A DNA stretch of 64,000 bases, from the IMG/VR virus record IMGVR_UViG_3300023073_000004, positions 1,113 through 65,112 of that record; one strand, 5' to 3'. Source of the stretch: a virus. A program made the position numbers and the translations under genes. Positions 33,087-43,128 of this stretch are shown here, in pieces. The notes under the pieces were generated by a model. That model was given only the letters and a program-made list of their open reading frames with translations, made no database searches and was not told the origin of the DNA. The first letter of the stretch is position 1. Each line of letters begins with the position of its first letter.

Positions 33087-34089
33087 CCACACCCGAGACG
33101 TGAAAAACGCGCTCACCGACGCCGCGCAGCTCGTCACGGCGCTGAACTGGGCCGAGGGCTCGAAGCGGCAACCGCGAGGGCTCGTGATCCGCTGTCCGTC
33201 GCACAACGAGCGGAACGCATCGTGCTCCGTCCGCACCGCAAAAGACGGGACGCTCGCGTTCAAGTGCTTCTCGTGCGACTGGTCCGGCGATGCCCTGACG
33301 GCGATCGCGCTGGCGCACAATCTCCGGCTCGACGATGCCGACGACTTCCGAGAGGCGCTGGCGATCGGCGCCACCATCGGTGGGCACCTGGGACTCGCCG
33401 ACGAGATCCGCGGCGGCCGAAAGGCGGAGAAGCGCGAGCCGATTGCGAGGCCGGAGCCCCAACCCGAAGCGGAGTACCCGGAGCTCGCAGAAGTCGAGGC
33501 GCTCTGGCGCGCGGCTGGCCCAGTGGCGAAGGATGGCGGGGTTGTGCGGATGCTAGCCGCTCGCGGCATCGACCCATCGGCAGCGGACGACGTGGGCGCA
33601 GTGCGGGCCATCCGCGCCGGGCAGGCGCTCCCGCCGTGGGCGATGTTCCGCGGCCGGACGTGGCTCGAGACCGGGCACCGGGTCATCGTGCGGGCCTGGG
33701 ACTCGAGCGGCGCCCTGCGCTCGGTGCGAGCATGGCGGGCCATCGATGGCGACTCGCCAAAGCGTCTGCCGCCGGCCGGCAAGCGCGCCGCCGGGCTCGT
33801 GCAAGCAAACCGCCTGGCGGTCGCAATGCTGCGCCGCGAAGCGTGCCCGCGGCGCCTGATCATCGTCGAGGGCGAGCCCGACTTCGTCACCTGGGCCACC
33901 AGGGCCCAGGACGCGGTGATCGGCATCGGATCGGGCAGCTGGACCGCGGAGCACGCCGCCAGTGTGCCGATTGGGACCGAGGTCATCGTGCGCACGCACT
34001 GCGATCCGGCGGGCGACCGGTACGCCGCGCACGTCATCGAAACACTGGGAGAGCAGCGCCAGGTCTGGCGCCTACGGGAGGCCGCATGA
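33079..34089 (+). CDS. DNA primase-like (CHC2 zinc finger + TOPRIM-like)
   Basis: CPSHNERNASC...KCFSC; IIVEGEPDF; HCDPAG. Confidence 0.8.
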   Translation: MIDHTRDVKNALTDAAQLVTALNWAEGSKRQPRGLVIRCPSHNERNASCSVRTAKDGTLAFKCFSCDWSGDALTAIALAHNLRLDDADDFREALAIGATIGGHLGLADEIRGGRKAEKREPIARPEPQPEAEYPELAEVEALWRAAGPVAKDGGVVRMLAARGIDPSAADDVGAVRAIRAGQALPPWAMFRGRTWLETGHRVIVRAWDSSGALRSVRAWRAIDGDSPKRLPPAGKRAAGLVQANRLAVAMLRREACPRRLIIVEGEPDFVTWATRAQDAVIGIGSGSWTAEHAASVPIGTEVIVRTHCDPAGDRYAAHVIETLGEQRQVWRLREAA

Positions 34090-35156
34090 AGGACGAAAAC
34101 GACAAGCTGCGAGACGGCGAGCTCCCGGAAGACCCGCGATCTGGGGCCGAGCCAGTGACGCCGAAGGCAAAGGCGACTGCCGAGGACGAGGCGCGGGTGC
34201 ACACGCTGAGCGGACTACTCCGCGGCGCCCACGAGCGAGCTACGACACCGCGACAGGCCCGGAAGATCCTCACGACCGGGCACTGGAAGATCGATCGGGA
34301 CACCGGAGGATTCCGGCCTGGGCACGTCTGGATCTTCGGCGCCGAGACCAATTGGGGGAAGAGCTCGTTCCTGACGGCAGTGGCCGACGAGAACCTCCGC
34401 GAAGGCCACAAGGTGCTCATCGTGACCGTCGAGGACCCGCCCGAGATGTACGGGACGCGGCTCTACACGAGAAGAGTCCAGGCGAACGCGCGAAACGTCG
34501 AGGCTGGGCACCTCACGCTTGAGGAACGGCACCGGGCGGCATCGCTGCAAGCCAGCAATGAGCCAGTCCTGCTCGACGCTCGAGATCGGTCCGTCGAATG
34601 GGCCGAGAAGCATGCGCGCCGACTCATGCTGGCCGAGAACATCGACTTGGTCCTGTTCGACTACCTGCACGCCTTCGACTCCGAGAAGCCGCGCCAGGGG
34701 CAAGGCCAGGAACGCCGGATGCAGGTGAACTACATCGCGCGCACGCTGACGAACGTCATCAAGTCGCTCAACCGCGCCGGAGTCATCTTCGCGCAGATCA
34801 CCTGCGAGGACGGCAAGAAGCCGACGAAGTATTCGATCCGCGACTCGCGCGACGTCTCGAACGCCGCCGAGGTCGTGGCTCTGGGCTGGACGCCAGACGT
34901 CGACCAACGACGCAAAGAGCGCGACGAGATGACGGGCAGGGTGACGGACGGCGAGGTCATCGCGAAGGCTGGGCAGCGGTGCGTCATCGTCGACAAGAAC
35001 AAGAGCGGACCGGCAAAGCGCCTCTATTCGATGAACTGGAACGGCGACGGCGCCTACTTCGAGACGGTGCCGCGGCCCATGGATGAGCGCGACGAGTTCT
35101 TCGACGGGCTCACCGACGGATTCGAGGAACCCGAACGGAGATACGCCGACCCGTGA
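34086..35156 (+). CDS. DnaB-like replicative helicase
   Basis: Walker A GAETNWGKS, VLFDYL, IFAQI, IRDSRDVSNAAEVV, VDKNKSG. Confidence 0.88.
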   Translation: MKDENDKLRDGELPEDPRSGAEPVTPKAKATAEDEARVHTLSGLLRGAHERATTPRQARKILTTGHWKIDRDTGGFRPGHVWIFGAETNWGKSSFLTAVADENLREGHKVLIVTVEDPPEMYGTRLYTRRVQANARNVEAGHLTLEERHRAASLQASNEPVLLDARDRSVEWAEKHARRLMLAENIDLVLFDYLHAFDSEKPRQGQGQERRMQVNYIARTLTNVIKSLNRAGVIFAQITCEDGKKPTKYSIRDSRDVSNAAEVVALGWTPDVDQRRKERDEMTGRVTDGEVIAKAGQRCVIVDKNKSGPAKRLYSMNWNGDGAYFETVPRPMDERDEFFDGLTDGFEEPERRYADP

Positions 35157-35341
35157 GCAAGGGAAAACCCCACACCCCCGCCCAGCGCGCCGCCCTAGCG
35201 GCCCGCGTCATAGCCCTCCGCAGTGAGGACCCGCCCGTCACCTACGACGTCATCAAGAAGCGGCTCGGGGTGGGCGCGAACTTTGTTTCGACGGTTTTAA
35301 GGGAAGCGAAGAACGAAAGCCAAGAAGGAGAAACCCAGTGA
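35153..35341 (+). CDS. Small HTH protein
   Basis: TYDVIKKRLGVGANFVSTVL. Confidence 0.6.
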   Translation: MSKGKPHTPAQRAALAARVIALRSEDPPVTYDVIKKRLGVGANFVSTVLREAKNESQEGETQ

Positions 35342-35643
35342 AGACCAAGAACAAGATCAACGACTTCGACCTCTTGCCATCGGTGATGGCGCTCATGCTT
35401 CTGCTGCCGCTCAGCATCTTCGGTGCCTATGCGGTGTCGGTCATTTGGGAGATGTTCCTTGTGCCCACACTGCCGAAGATCTCGGTTCTGCAGGGCTGGG
35501 GATTCGTCGCGTGTGCCACGCTTGCGGCATCCGATCCGACCAGCGGGAAGGACTTCGGCCCGATGATGACCATCGTGGTCCGCGTGCTTCAAATCGTCTT
35601 TGCGCTCGGTTTTGCCTGGTGCGTTCACGCGGTGTTCGCATGA
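35338..35643 (+). CDS. Small multi-TM membrane protein
   Basis: Three hydrophobic segments; coupled. Confidence 0.6.
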   Translation: MKTKNKINDFDLLPSVMALMLLLPLSIFGAYAVSVIWEMFLVPTLPKISVLQGWGFVACATLAASDPTSGKDFGPMMTIVVRVLQIVFALGFAWCVHAVFA

Positions 35644-35861
35644 CCGAGCGCGACTTCTGCTACTGGCTCCAGGGCTACTTGGAGATCGCTGGCAGCGAGG
35701 CCACTCTGACGCCGGAGCGCGTCGAATGCGTCAAGCGACACCTTGACATGGTGTTCGTGCACACGATCGATCCTTCGTACGGGGACAAGGGGAAGCAGCA
35801 AAAGCTGGACGCCATCCACAGCCCAGGGCCGCCTCATTTCCCGCCGCTGGCGAGATGCTGA
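35640..35861 (+). CDS. Conserved small phage protein
   Basis: MTERDFCYWLQGYLEI...VKRHLDMVF. Confidence 0.65.
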   Translation: MTERDFCYWLQGYLEIAGSEATLTPERVECVKRHLDMVFVHTIDPSYGDKGKQQKLDAIHSPGPPHFPPLARC

Positions 35862-35933
35862 AATCAGAAAACCCCACCAGCTCACGCCAGCAGGGCCCTC
35901 CGGACAGCCACGTCGGGAAGGACTGTAGCACAG

Positions 35934-36722
35934 GTGGAAGCAACTTCGAGAAAGCGAAAGCACGTCGCACGTGTGAACGGTGAGCTAGTCGGTAGGGACG
36001 CCGCGCGGGATGCCAAGAGGCGCCGGTCAAACGTCGATGCCGAGCTCCCCATGGCGGACCAAGCGACGCTCTCCTGGTTTTTGAGCCACGGTCTGGCCGC
36101 CTTCGAGCGCTCGACGATGGGCCCAATGCTCGACCACGCCGAGCTCTACGGCCACGGGTCGGTCAAGTGCGGCGGGTGCCGAGGTCAGGGGATCCGGCAG
36201 AACGGCGACTGGTGCGACAAGTGCAAGGGCACAGGGGCCTTCCCGTTCGAGCTCGACCGGCGCAACCGCTCGCCCGAGGAATTGCCGGTCGACGAGACCC
36301 AGGGCTCGGGCGGCGGCTACGTCCCCGACGACACCGTGATGACGCGCTACGCCGTGGTTTCCCGCCGTCTGAGCCGCCTCAGCGCCGAGAGCCGACTGGC
36401 CATCGAGGCCCACCAAGGGCCGCAAGGGGACCGGTGCTCGCTGGAACCAGGCCACCGGCTCATCGCGGTCTACCCGCTCGTTCCTGCCGGCAAAAAGCTC
36501 GTCCGCCTGGCCCACGAAGACCTCGACGACCGAGAGCACGATCGCTCGCCCTACGCCGAGGCGCCGGCCTACGAGCGCGCGTTCCGCCAGTGCGCCTGGC
36601 AGAAGACCAAGCCCATCAACAACCGCGGCGCGCTCATCGAAGCCGCCGAGAGCCAGGCCGCGGAGCTCTTCCTCGGAGCTGTCGACGAGTGGATGGCCCA
36701 GCGGGGGACCGATGCCTCGTAG
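35934..36722 (+). CDS. Putative late regulator (antiterminator Q-like, DnaJ-type zinc finger)
   Basis: CGGCRGQG...CDKCKGTG; sits between replication and terminase genes. Confidence 0.5.
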   Translation: MEATSRKRKHVARVNGELVGRDAARDAKRRRSNVDAELPMADQATLSWFLSHGLAAFERSTMGPMLDHAELYGHGSVKCGGCRGQGIRQNGDWCDKCKGTGAFPFELDRRNRSPEELPVDETQGSGGGYVPDDTVMTRYAVVSRRLSRLSAESRLAIEAHQGPQGDRCSLEPGHRLIAVYPLVPAGKKLVRLAHEDLDDREHDRSPYAEAPAYERAFRQCAWQKTKPINNRGALIEAAESQAAELFLGAVDEWMAQRGTDAS

Positions 36723-36921
36723 GCCACCGAGGGGGTATCTGAGCACGGCGCAGGTCGCCGAGCTCTTCGGGTCCAAGGAATGGCCCGTGCGACGTGTGCG
36801 ACGTTGGCTCACACGAGAGGGGGCGCTCGTGCGCAAAGGTCGACACCTCTACACGACGCGCTCAAAGCTCCGCGTGGCTTTCCGAGACGTCTTCGATGAG
36901 CTGTTCTGGCAGCAGTTCTAG
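36712..36921 (+). CDS. Small HTH DNA-binding protein
   Basis: YLSTAQVAELFG...VRRWL. Confidence 0.7.
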   Translation: MPRRPPRGYLSTAQVAELFGSKEWPVRRVRRWLTREGALVRKGRHLYTTRSKLRVAFRDVFDELFWQQF

Positions 36922-37025
36922 GCAATGCGCGATCATGAGAGCCACCGAGGACCACCGAGAGCCATTCCGCGCCCCTACTACCTGTAGGATCCGACGGCGA
37001 TGAGTCAGCCGGACACCTCGCCAGG

Positions 37026-37208
37026 ATGCTCACCCACGCCATGACCCGCCCGCTACCGCGGAAGTGGCTTGCGGACTACCGCCCGCCCCAAGAAGCGCGC
37101 GAGCCTGTCGGCTTCAACCAGCGCATCCGCATGGTCGCCCTGGCCCGAGACGAAGCCCGCCAAGAGCGAGAGCGCCTACGGACCGAGCGACGTCGAGCCA
37201 GTCAGTGA
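37026..37208 (+). CDS. Hypothetical protein
   Basis: Short ORF coupled to a further GTG ORF at 37205-37378. Confidence 0.4.
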   Translation: MLTHAMTRPLPRKWLADYRPPQEAREPVGFNQRIRMVALARDEARQERERLRTERRRASQ

Positions 37209-37460
37209 CCTCCCAGCACACCCGCCGATCCAGCTCCTGGGCCAGGCGTCTCGATGACGATGTGCCGGAGGTGGTGACGGTGCCCGAGCAGGACAGGTGG
37301 GCGCCGGTTCACGCCAAGGTCTGCCGAGGCGTTGTGCGGGTGGTGGGGGCGAGGGCTCCAAAGTTCAACCTAGCCTGAGGCAATCAGGCCGGCCGCTGTC
37401 CCGTAGGCAGCACTCCCCTACGGGTCGCCGCCGGTAACGGGCGCTGGGAGTTGAGAGAAG

Positions 37461-37985
37461 ATGGCACGCAAGCCGAAGGGCGAAGCTGCGGCTAAGTCCC
37501 GGTCGAACAAGCCCGGGCGCAAGCCCGGAACGCCAGACTACCCGCTCGAGAAGCGGGAAGAGTTCCGAGCGCACTACCTGCTGAGCGGCGTGGTGGCTCA
37601 GTCGGCGCGGGCTGTCGCGGTTCCCGAAACGACGGCTCATGGCTGGGCGAAGGAGCTCTGCAAGGAGCCCGCCTTCGCAGAAGATCGGAGGGACCTACGC
37701 GTGAGGTACCTCGACGAGCTCGTGGCCATGAGAATGCGGGTCGCGGTCACGTCACTCGAGCGCTTCGAGGACGACCTCCCGATGCCCGAACTGGTCGGCG
37801 AAGGGGCCCAGGTCACCATCATCGACAAGCGCCCGGACTACGGCGACTTGGTGCTGGCGGCGGAGAAGAACGCCCACAACCTGGTCAAGCTCGAGAAGCC
37901 CGAAGACCCTGACGCCCCTGGCGCCGGCGGCAACACGGTGACCATCAGCATTCGCGGGCCGGCGACGGTCGCTGCCGGTGGGTAA
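37461..37985 (+). CDS. terS: Terminase small subunit (putative)
   Basis: HTH-like N-terminus (AQSARAVAVPETTAHGW); directly upstream of and overlapping terL. Confidence 0.65.
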   Translation: MARKPKGEAAAKSRSNKPGRKPGTPDYPLEKREEFRAHYLLSGVVAQSARAVAVPETTAHGWAKELCKEPAFAEDRRDLRVRYLDELVAMRMRVAVTSLERFEDDLPMPELVGEGAQVTIIDKRPDYGDLVLAAEKNAHNLVKLEKPEDPDAPGAGGNTVTISIRGPATVAAGG

Positions 37986-39378
37986 GAACATCGAGCTGGA
38001 TTTCCAGCTCAACGCTCCGCAGTTCGCCGCCTTCCAGGCTTTCGAACCCGGCGTCACCGTCTTCACCGGATGGGGCCGAGGCGTCGGCAAGAGCTGGTTT
38101 CATCGGTTCCTCTGGTGGAACCTCGTCGCCAAGTGGGACGGCGTAGTCCGCAAGGACGCGCTCAAGCCGTTCCGTGGTGTGCGCATCGCGATCCTGATGC
38201 CCACCCTGAAGCAGTTCAAGGACGTCCACCTGGACGGCATCCTGAACGAGCTCGAAGGTGACTGGTCCTTCCTCGGCGGCAAGGTCAACGGGCAGACCGG
38301 CTCGGTTCGCTTCCCTGGCGGGAGCTGGATCAAGCCGATGCCGGCGCGGCTCTACACGTCCAAGACGGCTCGCGGTCTCCGGTGTGACCTAGTCGATTCC
38401 GACGAGTGCGACGACATCGACCCGGAAGCGCATGACGGCGTAGCCGTTCCGTGGCTGTCCGAGCCCTGGTCGCTCAACATGGAGGCGATGGGCGGCACGC
38501 CAACGCGTGGTCGGCACGGCCTCTGGTGGCGAATGCTCGAGGACGGCCGCAAGGGCGCCCGACTCCGAGCCGGCGAAGACCCCGAAGTCGTTGGCGTCGA
38601 CCCAGACAACGTCGAGGCCATCAAGTCGATCTTCGCGTTCCACGCCACCTACCGAGACGCGCCAGAAACCGTCAGCCCGAAGGCCGTAGCCAAGGCCAAG
38701 GCAACCACCCCCAAGGCCACCTTCGAGCGGGAGTGGGAAGCCAACCCCGACGCTGGCGAAGGACTCGTCTATCAGGAGTTCGACTCGGAGTTCCACGTCA
38801 GGACGGCGCCCGACTGGAAGACATTCGGCGAGTTCGTGGTCGGCGCTGACTTCGGCGACGTCGACCCCGCGGTTCTTCTGCTCATTGGTATTCAGGGGCA
38901 CGGCAACGATGCCGTCGCATGGTGCCTGGATGAGTGGTACGAGCCCGGCACGCTCAATAGCGTCTGGGACGAACGGGCCAAGGCCTGGCGCTTCGCAACG
39001 TTCTACCCGGACCCAAGCCGCCAAGATCGCATTCGCGACTGGCGATCCTTCGGGCTTCGCGTCGAGGACATCCCGGCCGAGGTCAAGCCGATCGCCGCTG
39101 GCATCGGGCGGGTCGCCGAGATGCTCTTCCGTCGCAAGACGGAATACGAGCGACACGGCGAGACCAGAGTCCACGAGTACGCGCGGCTCTACTTTGATCC
39201 GAAGTGCAAGAACGTCATCCGTGAGATGGGGCTCTACCGTCGGAAAAAGCTGCCAGACGGGACCTTCTCTGAGGACCCCGTCGACAAGAACAACCACGGG
39301 GCCGACAGCCTCCGGTACGGCCTAGGCGGCAGGTTTGGCCGAGCCTCCAACTCCCGCCACGTCACCTCCGGCCGATGA
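37978..39378 (+). CDS. terL: Terminase large subunit
   Basis: Walker A GRGVGKS, Walker B VDSDE, TPTRG motif III, nuclease VGADFG...D...NNHGADSLRY. Confidence 0.95.
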   Translation: MGKNIELDFQLNAPQFAAFQAFEPGVTVFTGWGRGVGKSWFHRFLWWNLVAKWDGVVRKDALKPFRGVRIAILMPTLKQFKDVHLDGILNELEGDWSFLGGKVNGQTGSVRFPGGSWIKPMPARLYTSKTARGLRCDLVDSDECDDIDPEAHDGVAVPWLSEPWSLNMEAMGGTPTRGRHGLWWRMLEDGRKGARLRAGEDPEVVGVDPDNVEAIKSIFAFHATYRDAPETVSPKAVAKAKATTPKATFEREWEANPDAGEGLVYQEFDSEFHVRTAPDWKTFGEFVVGADFGDVDPAVLLLIGIQGHGNDAVAWCLDEWYEPGTLNSVWDERAKAWRFATFYPDPSRQDRIRDWRSFGLRVEDIPAEVKPIAAGIGRVAEMLFRRKTEYERHGETRVHEYARLYFDPKCKNVIREMGLYRRKKLPDGTFSEDPVDKNNHGADSLRYGLGGRFGRASNSRHVTSGR

Positions 39379-41096
39379 CCACCGAGCAGATCCAAGGCCT
39401 CGACGCCGCCCAGAAGGCCGCGTTGGCCAATATGAGCCCGCGGTACCGCAGGCTCGATGCGCTCGAAAAGTGGGTCGACGGGACGCAGTACAAGGGACGG
39501 CCGGATTGGTGGACCGGCGGGCCAGAGGAGAAACCGCTTTGGGAGCGCGAGCCTTGCGTCGTGTACCCGGTCGTTCAGATCGCGGCGCAGTCGAACACGG
39601 ACCTTTGCCTCGGCGAGTCGCGGTTCCCTCGGTTCGTCATCGGTGAAACCGAAGCTGAGGCATCGAAGGACGGCAAGCCCAAGGCCAATCCGCTCGACGG
39701 TTTCCTCGCCAAATACCACACGCTCTCTCGCTTCCCGACGGCCTGCCGCGAGGCACTGACGGCGGCGCAGGGCTGCGGAACGGTCGTTGCGCTGCAGGGC
39801 GCCAAGAACGGCAAGCCCTTCATCGAGCTCCTGCCGGCCAAGTGGTGCACGCCGGAGGAGGACGCAAAGGGCGAGCTCGTCAAGCTCACCATCGAGTACC
39901 CCTACCTCGACGAGCGCAAGCAGTCGGACGGTACGTGGGTCGCCGAGGCGATGCTTTACCGGCGCGTCATCGACCAGAAGCGCGACGTCGTCTACGTGCC
40001 GCAAAAGGCGGACGGAAGCGGGCGGCAGCCGACTGCCTGGGCCGAGGATCCGGCGAAGTCGGCGGACCATAACCTCGGGTTCGTCCCGGTCGTCTGGTAC
40101 GCGTTCATGCGCGGTTGCCAGCCCGTCAACGTCATCGACGGCAAGGCGATCCACCAGTGGATCACCGACGAGATCCAGGCGCACGACATCGCGCGCAGCC
40201 AGTGGCATCGCGGGGCGCTCTACAGCGAGCCGCAGATGTACGAAATCGGGGTCGAGCCCGGCTACAATCCCACGGGCTCCGGTCGCGTCGCGATGGTGCC
40301 GACCACCGAGCACGGTGGCCCGGTCACTCCGGACAACCCGATCACGGGCGGCTTCATCGACGGTCCCGGGACGCGCGAGGCTCGCAAGAAGGGCCCGAAT
40401 CACGTCTACCAGTACCCGAACAAGGACACCAAGGTCGGCGCGGTCGAGTATGGGGCCGGAGCACTGAAGTCCCAGCAGGAAAACTGCTCGGACTTGCGCA
40501 TCAAGATTCAAGAGGCGCTCTGCGTCGTGTTTCTCGACCCCGAGAACATGAAGCTCGCGAGCACCATCAGCGGCAAGGCACTCGAGGCCATCAAGGAAAA
40601 GCAGATCGACCGCTGCGGTCAGATCCGCGAGGACTTCCGCGACGGGTTCCTGGTGCCATGCCTGCAGATGCAGCTTCGGCTCGCGCGCAAGCTCGGCAAG
40701 ACGCTGAAGGTCAAGGGCCTGGAAGAGGCACTCAAGGCCCTCGGCGTCAACGAAGAAGTCGAGATCGAGACCGTCTACGGCTCGTTCTACAAGCCCGACC
40801 CGGCCGAGCAGAAGGCGCTCATCGAGCTCCTAGCACTGGCCGCCAAGGAAGGTTTCCTCGACAGCGAAACGGCCATCGAGCGCGCCGCCCAGATCTTCGG
40901 CGTCCAGGACGTCGACGCCCTGAAGGAACGCATCAAGCGCGACCGCATCGCCAAGGAAGAACGCGAGATCGCAACCCTGAAACGGTGGTCTGCAGATGGT
41001 GGAAGCCGAGTTCCGGGAGATCCTCCGGCAGTTCCCAAGAGTGGCGCTAGTCGGCGGGCCCAAGATGGGCAAGACGACGCTAGCGCGGCTGAGTGA
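39375..41096 (+). CDS. Portal protein
   Basis: 573 aa directly after terL; HNLGFVPVVW motif of SPP1-like portals. Confidence 0.8.
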   Translation: MTTEQIQGLDAAQKAALANMSPRYRRLDALEKWVDGTQYKGRPDWWTGGPEEKPLWEREPCVVYPVVQIAAQSNTDLCLGESRFPRFVIGETEAEASKDGKPKANPLDGFLAKYHTLSRFPTACREALTAAQGCGTVVALQGAKNGKPFIELLPAKWCTPEEDAKGELVKLTIEYPYLDERKQSDGTWVAEAMLYRRVIDQKRDVVYVPQKADGSGRQPTAWAEDPAKSADHNLGFVPVVWYAFMRGCQPVNVIDGKAIHQWITDEIQAHDIARSQWHRGALYSEPQMYEIGVEPGYNPTGSGRVAMVPTTEHGGPVTPDNPITGGFIDGPGTREARKKGPNHVYQYPNKDTKVGAVEYGAGALKSQQENCSDLRIKIQEALCVVFLDPENMKLASTISGKALEAIKEKQIDRCGQIREDFRDGFLVPCLQMQLRLARKLGKTLKVKGLEEALKALGVNEEVEIETVYGSFYKPDPAEQKALIELLALAAKEGFLDSETAIERAAQIFGVQDVDALKERIKRDRIAKEEREIATLKRWSADGGSRVPGDPPAVPKSGASRRAQDGQDDASAAE

Positions 41097-41457
41097 CGGC
41101 CGACCGGTCGTGCACAGCGTCCTCGATGGCGAGGAGATCGAGGCAACGCCCTACTCGACTCTCGTGGTCGGCGGGTACGAGCCCGACACGCCGGCCAAAA
41201 TCATCGCGGCGTGCCAGCTCCTGCCGAGCTTCATCGTCGAGGGCGTGCAGGTTGCTCGAGCGCTCCGCGGCCCCAAGCTCGATGGCATTCGCCTCCCGGG
41301 CCTAGTGGTCGACGCCGCTGTCTACCTGCAGCGCCCCAAGGTGACCGAGCGACTCGACGGTCAGATCTCCCAAGCCGTCGGGACGCGCACCATTTTCGAT
41401 GAGTGGCACGCCGCTCACCAGCACATCCCTGTTTTCTTCGAAAGCATCCGAGAATGA
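40996..41457 (+). CDS. Small P-loop NTPase/kinase-like protein
   Basis: RVALVGGPKMGKTT Walker A, FIVEGV; overlaps the portal 3' end by 101 nt with better G/C third positions. Confidence 0.75.
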   Translation: MVEAEFREILRQFPRVALVGGPKMGKTTLARLSDGRPVVHSVLDGEEIEATPYSTLVVGGYEPDTPAKIIAACQLLPSFIVEGVQVARALRGPKLDGIRLPGLVVDAAVYLQRPKVTERLDGQISQAVGTRTIFDEWHAAHQHIPVFFESIRE

Positions 41458-41621
41458 AGCCCTGCCTTTGCTGCAAGAACCAGGCGGACGACGCCGCAAA
41501 GACGTGTCCCGCATGTGGTGAGGCGTCGTTCGGCGAGCCCGTCGCTGCCGCGAAGGCGGAAAGCCAGGCCACCGGCACCAAGAAGGGCGGCTCGCGCGCC
41601 AAGAAGGGCGGCGAGGAATGA
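41454..41621 (+). CDS. Small zinc ribbon protein
   Basis: CLCC...CPACG; ATGA coupling. Confidence 0.55.
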   Translation: MKPCLCCKNQADDAAKTCPACGEASFGEPVAAAKAESQATGTKKGGSRAKKGGEE

Positions 41622-42073
41622 TCGAGACCAAGCTCTTTGAGCTCACGGGAACAAGCCCGGCCAGCGCCATCACGGCGCTCGGATCCGTCGCTCGCGGCCT
41701 CGACGCCTACGATGACTTCACCATCGACGCTCGCCTGACCGGCGCTACCGGCGGCACACTCGACGTGTACCTGCAGCGCAAAGTCGCAGACGACGTATGG
41801 GTCGACTGGTTGCACTTCGCCCAGGTCAGTGCGGCCGCGGCCGCTGCCTCGTTCTCCACATGCACAAGCGGACGCACGGCGCTCTCGACTGGCCAGGTCC
41901 TGGCGGTAGCTCAGGGCACCGATTCCTCGGCTGGCACGCCTGCTCTGACGGCCGGCGCCTTCGTTGGCGGTCATCCGGGACAGGCAGTCCGCGTGGTCTT
42001 CGTAGCCGGGGCGAGCACGAGCGCCGGTGCAGCGCAGACCGTCCGCATCACCGCGCGAAAGACGTCGGGCTGA
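41618..42073 (+). CDS. Putative virion (head decoration-like) protein
   Basis: Ala/Thr/Gly-rich beta protein in the head cluster. Confidence 0.5.
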   Translation: MIETKLFELTGTSPASAITALGSVARGLDAYDDFTIDARLTGATGGTLDVYLQRKVADDVWVDWLHFAQVSAAAAAASFSTCTSGRTALSTGQVLAVAQGTDSSAGTPALTAGAFVGGHPGQAVRVVFVAGASTSAGAAQTVRITARKTSG

Positions 42074-42360
42074 TGTCGATCAAACCTGTTGGCGACACCG
42101 TCGCTGTCCGCTTCGTTGAACTCGACGAGGAGGGACTCAAAGCCGCTCGCGCCGCTTGGGAGAGCCCGGCGCCGCTTCCAGAAAACGAGCGCGATCCAGT
42201 CTTGGCGGTGGTCGTCGGTGTTGGCACCGAAGTCACCCGCAAGGGTTTCAAGAAGGGCGACACTGTCCTTCTGAGACCGTACGCCGTGAACGGCACCGAA
42301 CTCACCGATGGCGTCTACGCCGTCGATGCGTACTCCGTCATGGCCGTCGTCACCGAGTAG
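42073..42360 (+). CDS. groES: Co-chaperonin GroES-like protein
   Basis: IKPVGDTVAV...AVVVGVG...KKGDTVLL..YA..E...V...SVMAVV; TGATG coupling. Confidence 0.7.
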   Translation: MSIKPVGDTVAVRFVELDEEGLKAARAAWESPAPLPENERDPVLAVVVGVGTEVTRKGFKKGDTVLLRPYAVNGTELTDGVYAVDAYSVMAVVTE

Positions 42361-42408
42361 CCAACCTCACCACGCGAAGCCGGCGGTTAACGGGCGAACG
42401 AGGGAAGC

Positions 42409-43128
42409 ATGTTCATCAAGCGAAGCGGCAGTTTTTTGTTCGACGAGGTCACGGTCCCCGATGCAGGGGCCGGCGCATCCGGAGGCGGGTCAGCGGCCAC
42501 CACGACCGGAGCGACAGGCGCAACAGCGGCGAGTTCCGCCGCGGGCACCGATGAAAAGGACCCGGAGGCGCAGGCCAAGTGGCTGAAAGGCCGGCTTGAG
42601 CAGGCCAAGAAGTCTGGCGAGAAGGAGCTGCTGAAGTCTCTCGGCGTCGAGAAGCCCGAGGACGTCAAGGCAGCGCTCGACCGGCTCAAGACGATCGACG
42701 CTGAGAAGCTCACGGCCGACGAGCGGGCCCAGGCCAAGCTGAAGGAACTCGAGCCCCAGGCGGCCCGCGCCGCGACGCTCGAAACCACGGTCAAGGGCTA
42801 CGCCGAGAAGGAATTCGGCGAACTCACCGACGAGCAAAAGGCGGCGGTCACACGCCTGGCCGGAGAAGACCCGGCCAAAGTACTCGACACCATCGCGACG
42901 CTCCGTCCGACTTGGGCAGCCAAGGCCGCAGCTGCCGGGGCGGCGACAGGCACAGCCTCGACGGAGACCGCTGCGGCGTCGACAACCAGCGCCGGCAGGC
43001 AGCCCGCTGCCACGTCGACCACGACCACAGTCGACCACAAGGCGGAGTACTCCCGCCTGCGGACCGAGAACCCCGTGCTGGCGGCCGAGTATCGCCAAGC
43101 GCACTCCAAGGAGCTGAACGGTGGCTGA
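42409..43128 (+). CDS. Capsid scaffolding protein
   Basis: Charged coiled-coil core with Ala/Thr-rich termini; upstream of capsid genes. Confidence 0.7.
   Translation: MFIKRSGSFLFDEVTVPDAGAGASGGGSAATTTGATGATAASSAAGTDEKDPEAQAKWLKGRLEQAKKSGEKELLKSLGVEKPEDVKAALDRLKTIDAEKLTADERAQAKLKELEPQAARAATLETTVKGYAEKEFGELTDEQKAAVTRLAGEDPAKVLDTIATLRPTWAAKAAAAGAATGTASTETAAASTTSAGRQPAATSTTTTVDHKAEYSRLRTENPVLAAEYRQAHSKELNGG

Noticed and set aside
2490-34089. Many proteins ending in -AA as a systematic ClpXP degron programme
   Set aside because: Largely explained by GCC/GCA-GCA-TGA stop/start overlaps with an embedded SD; kept only as a side note for the integrase
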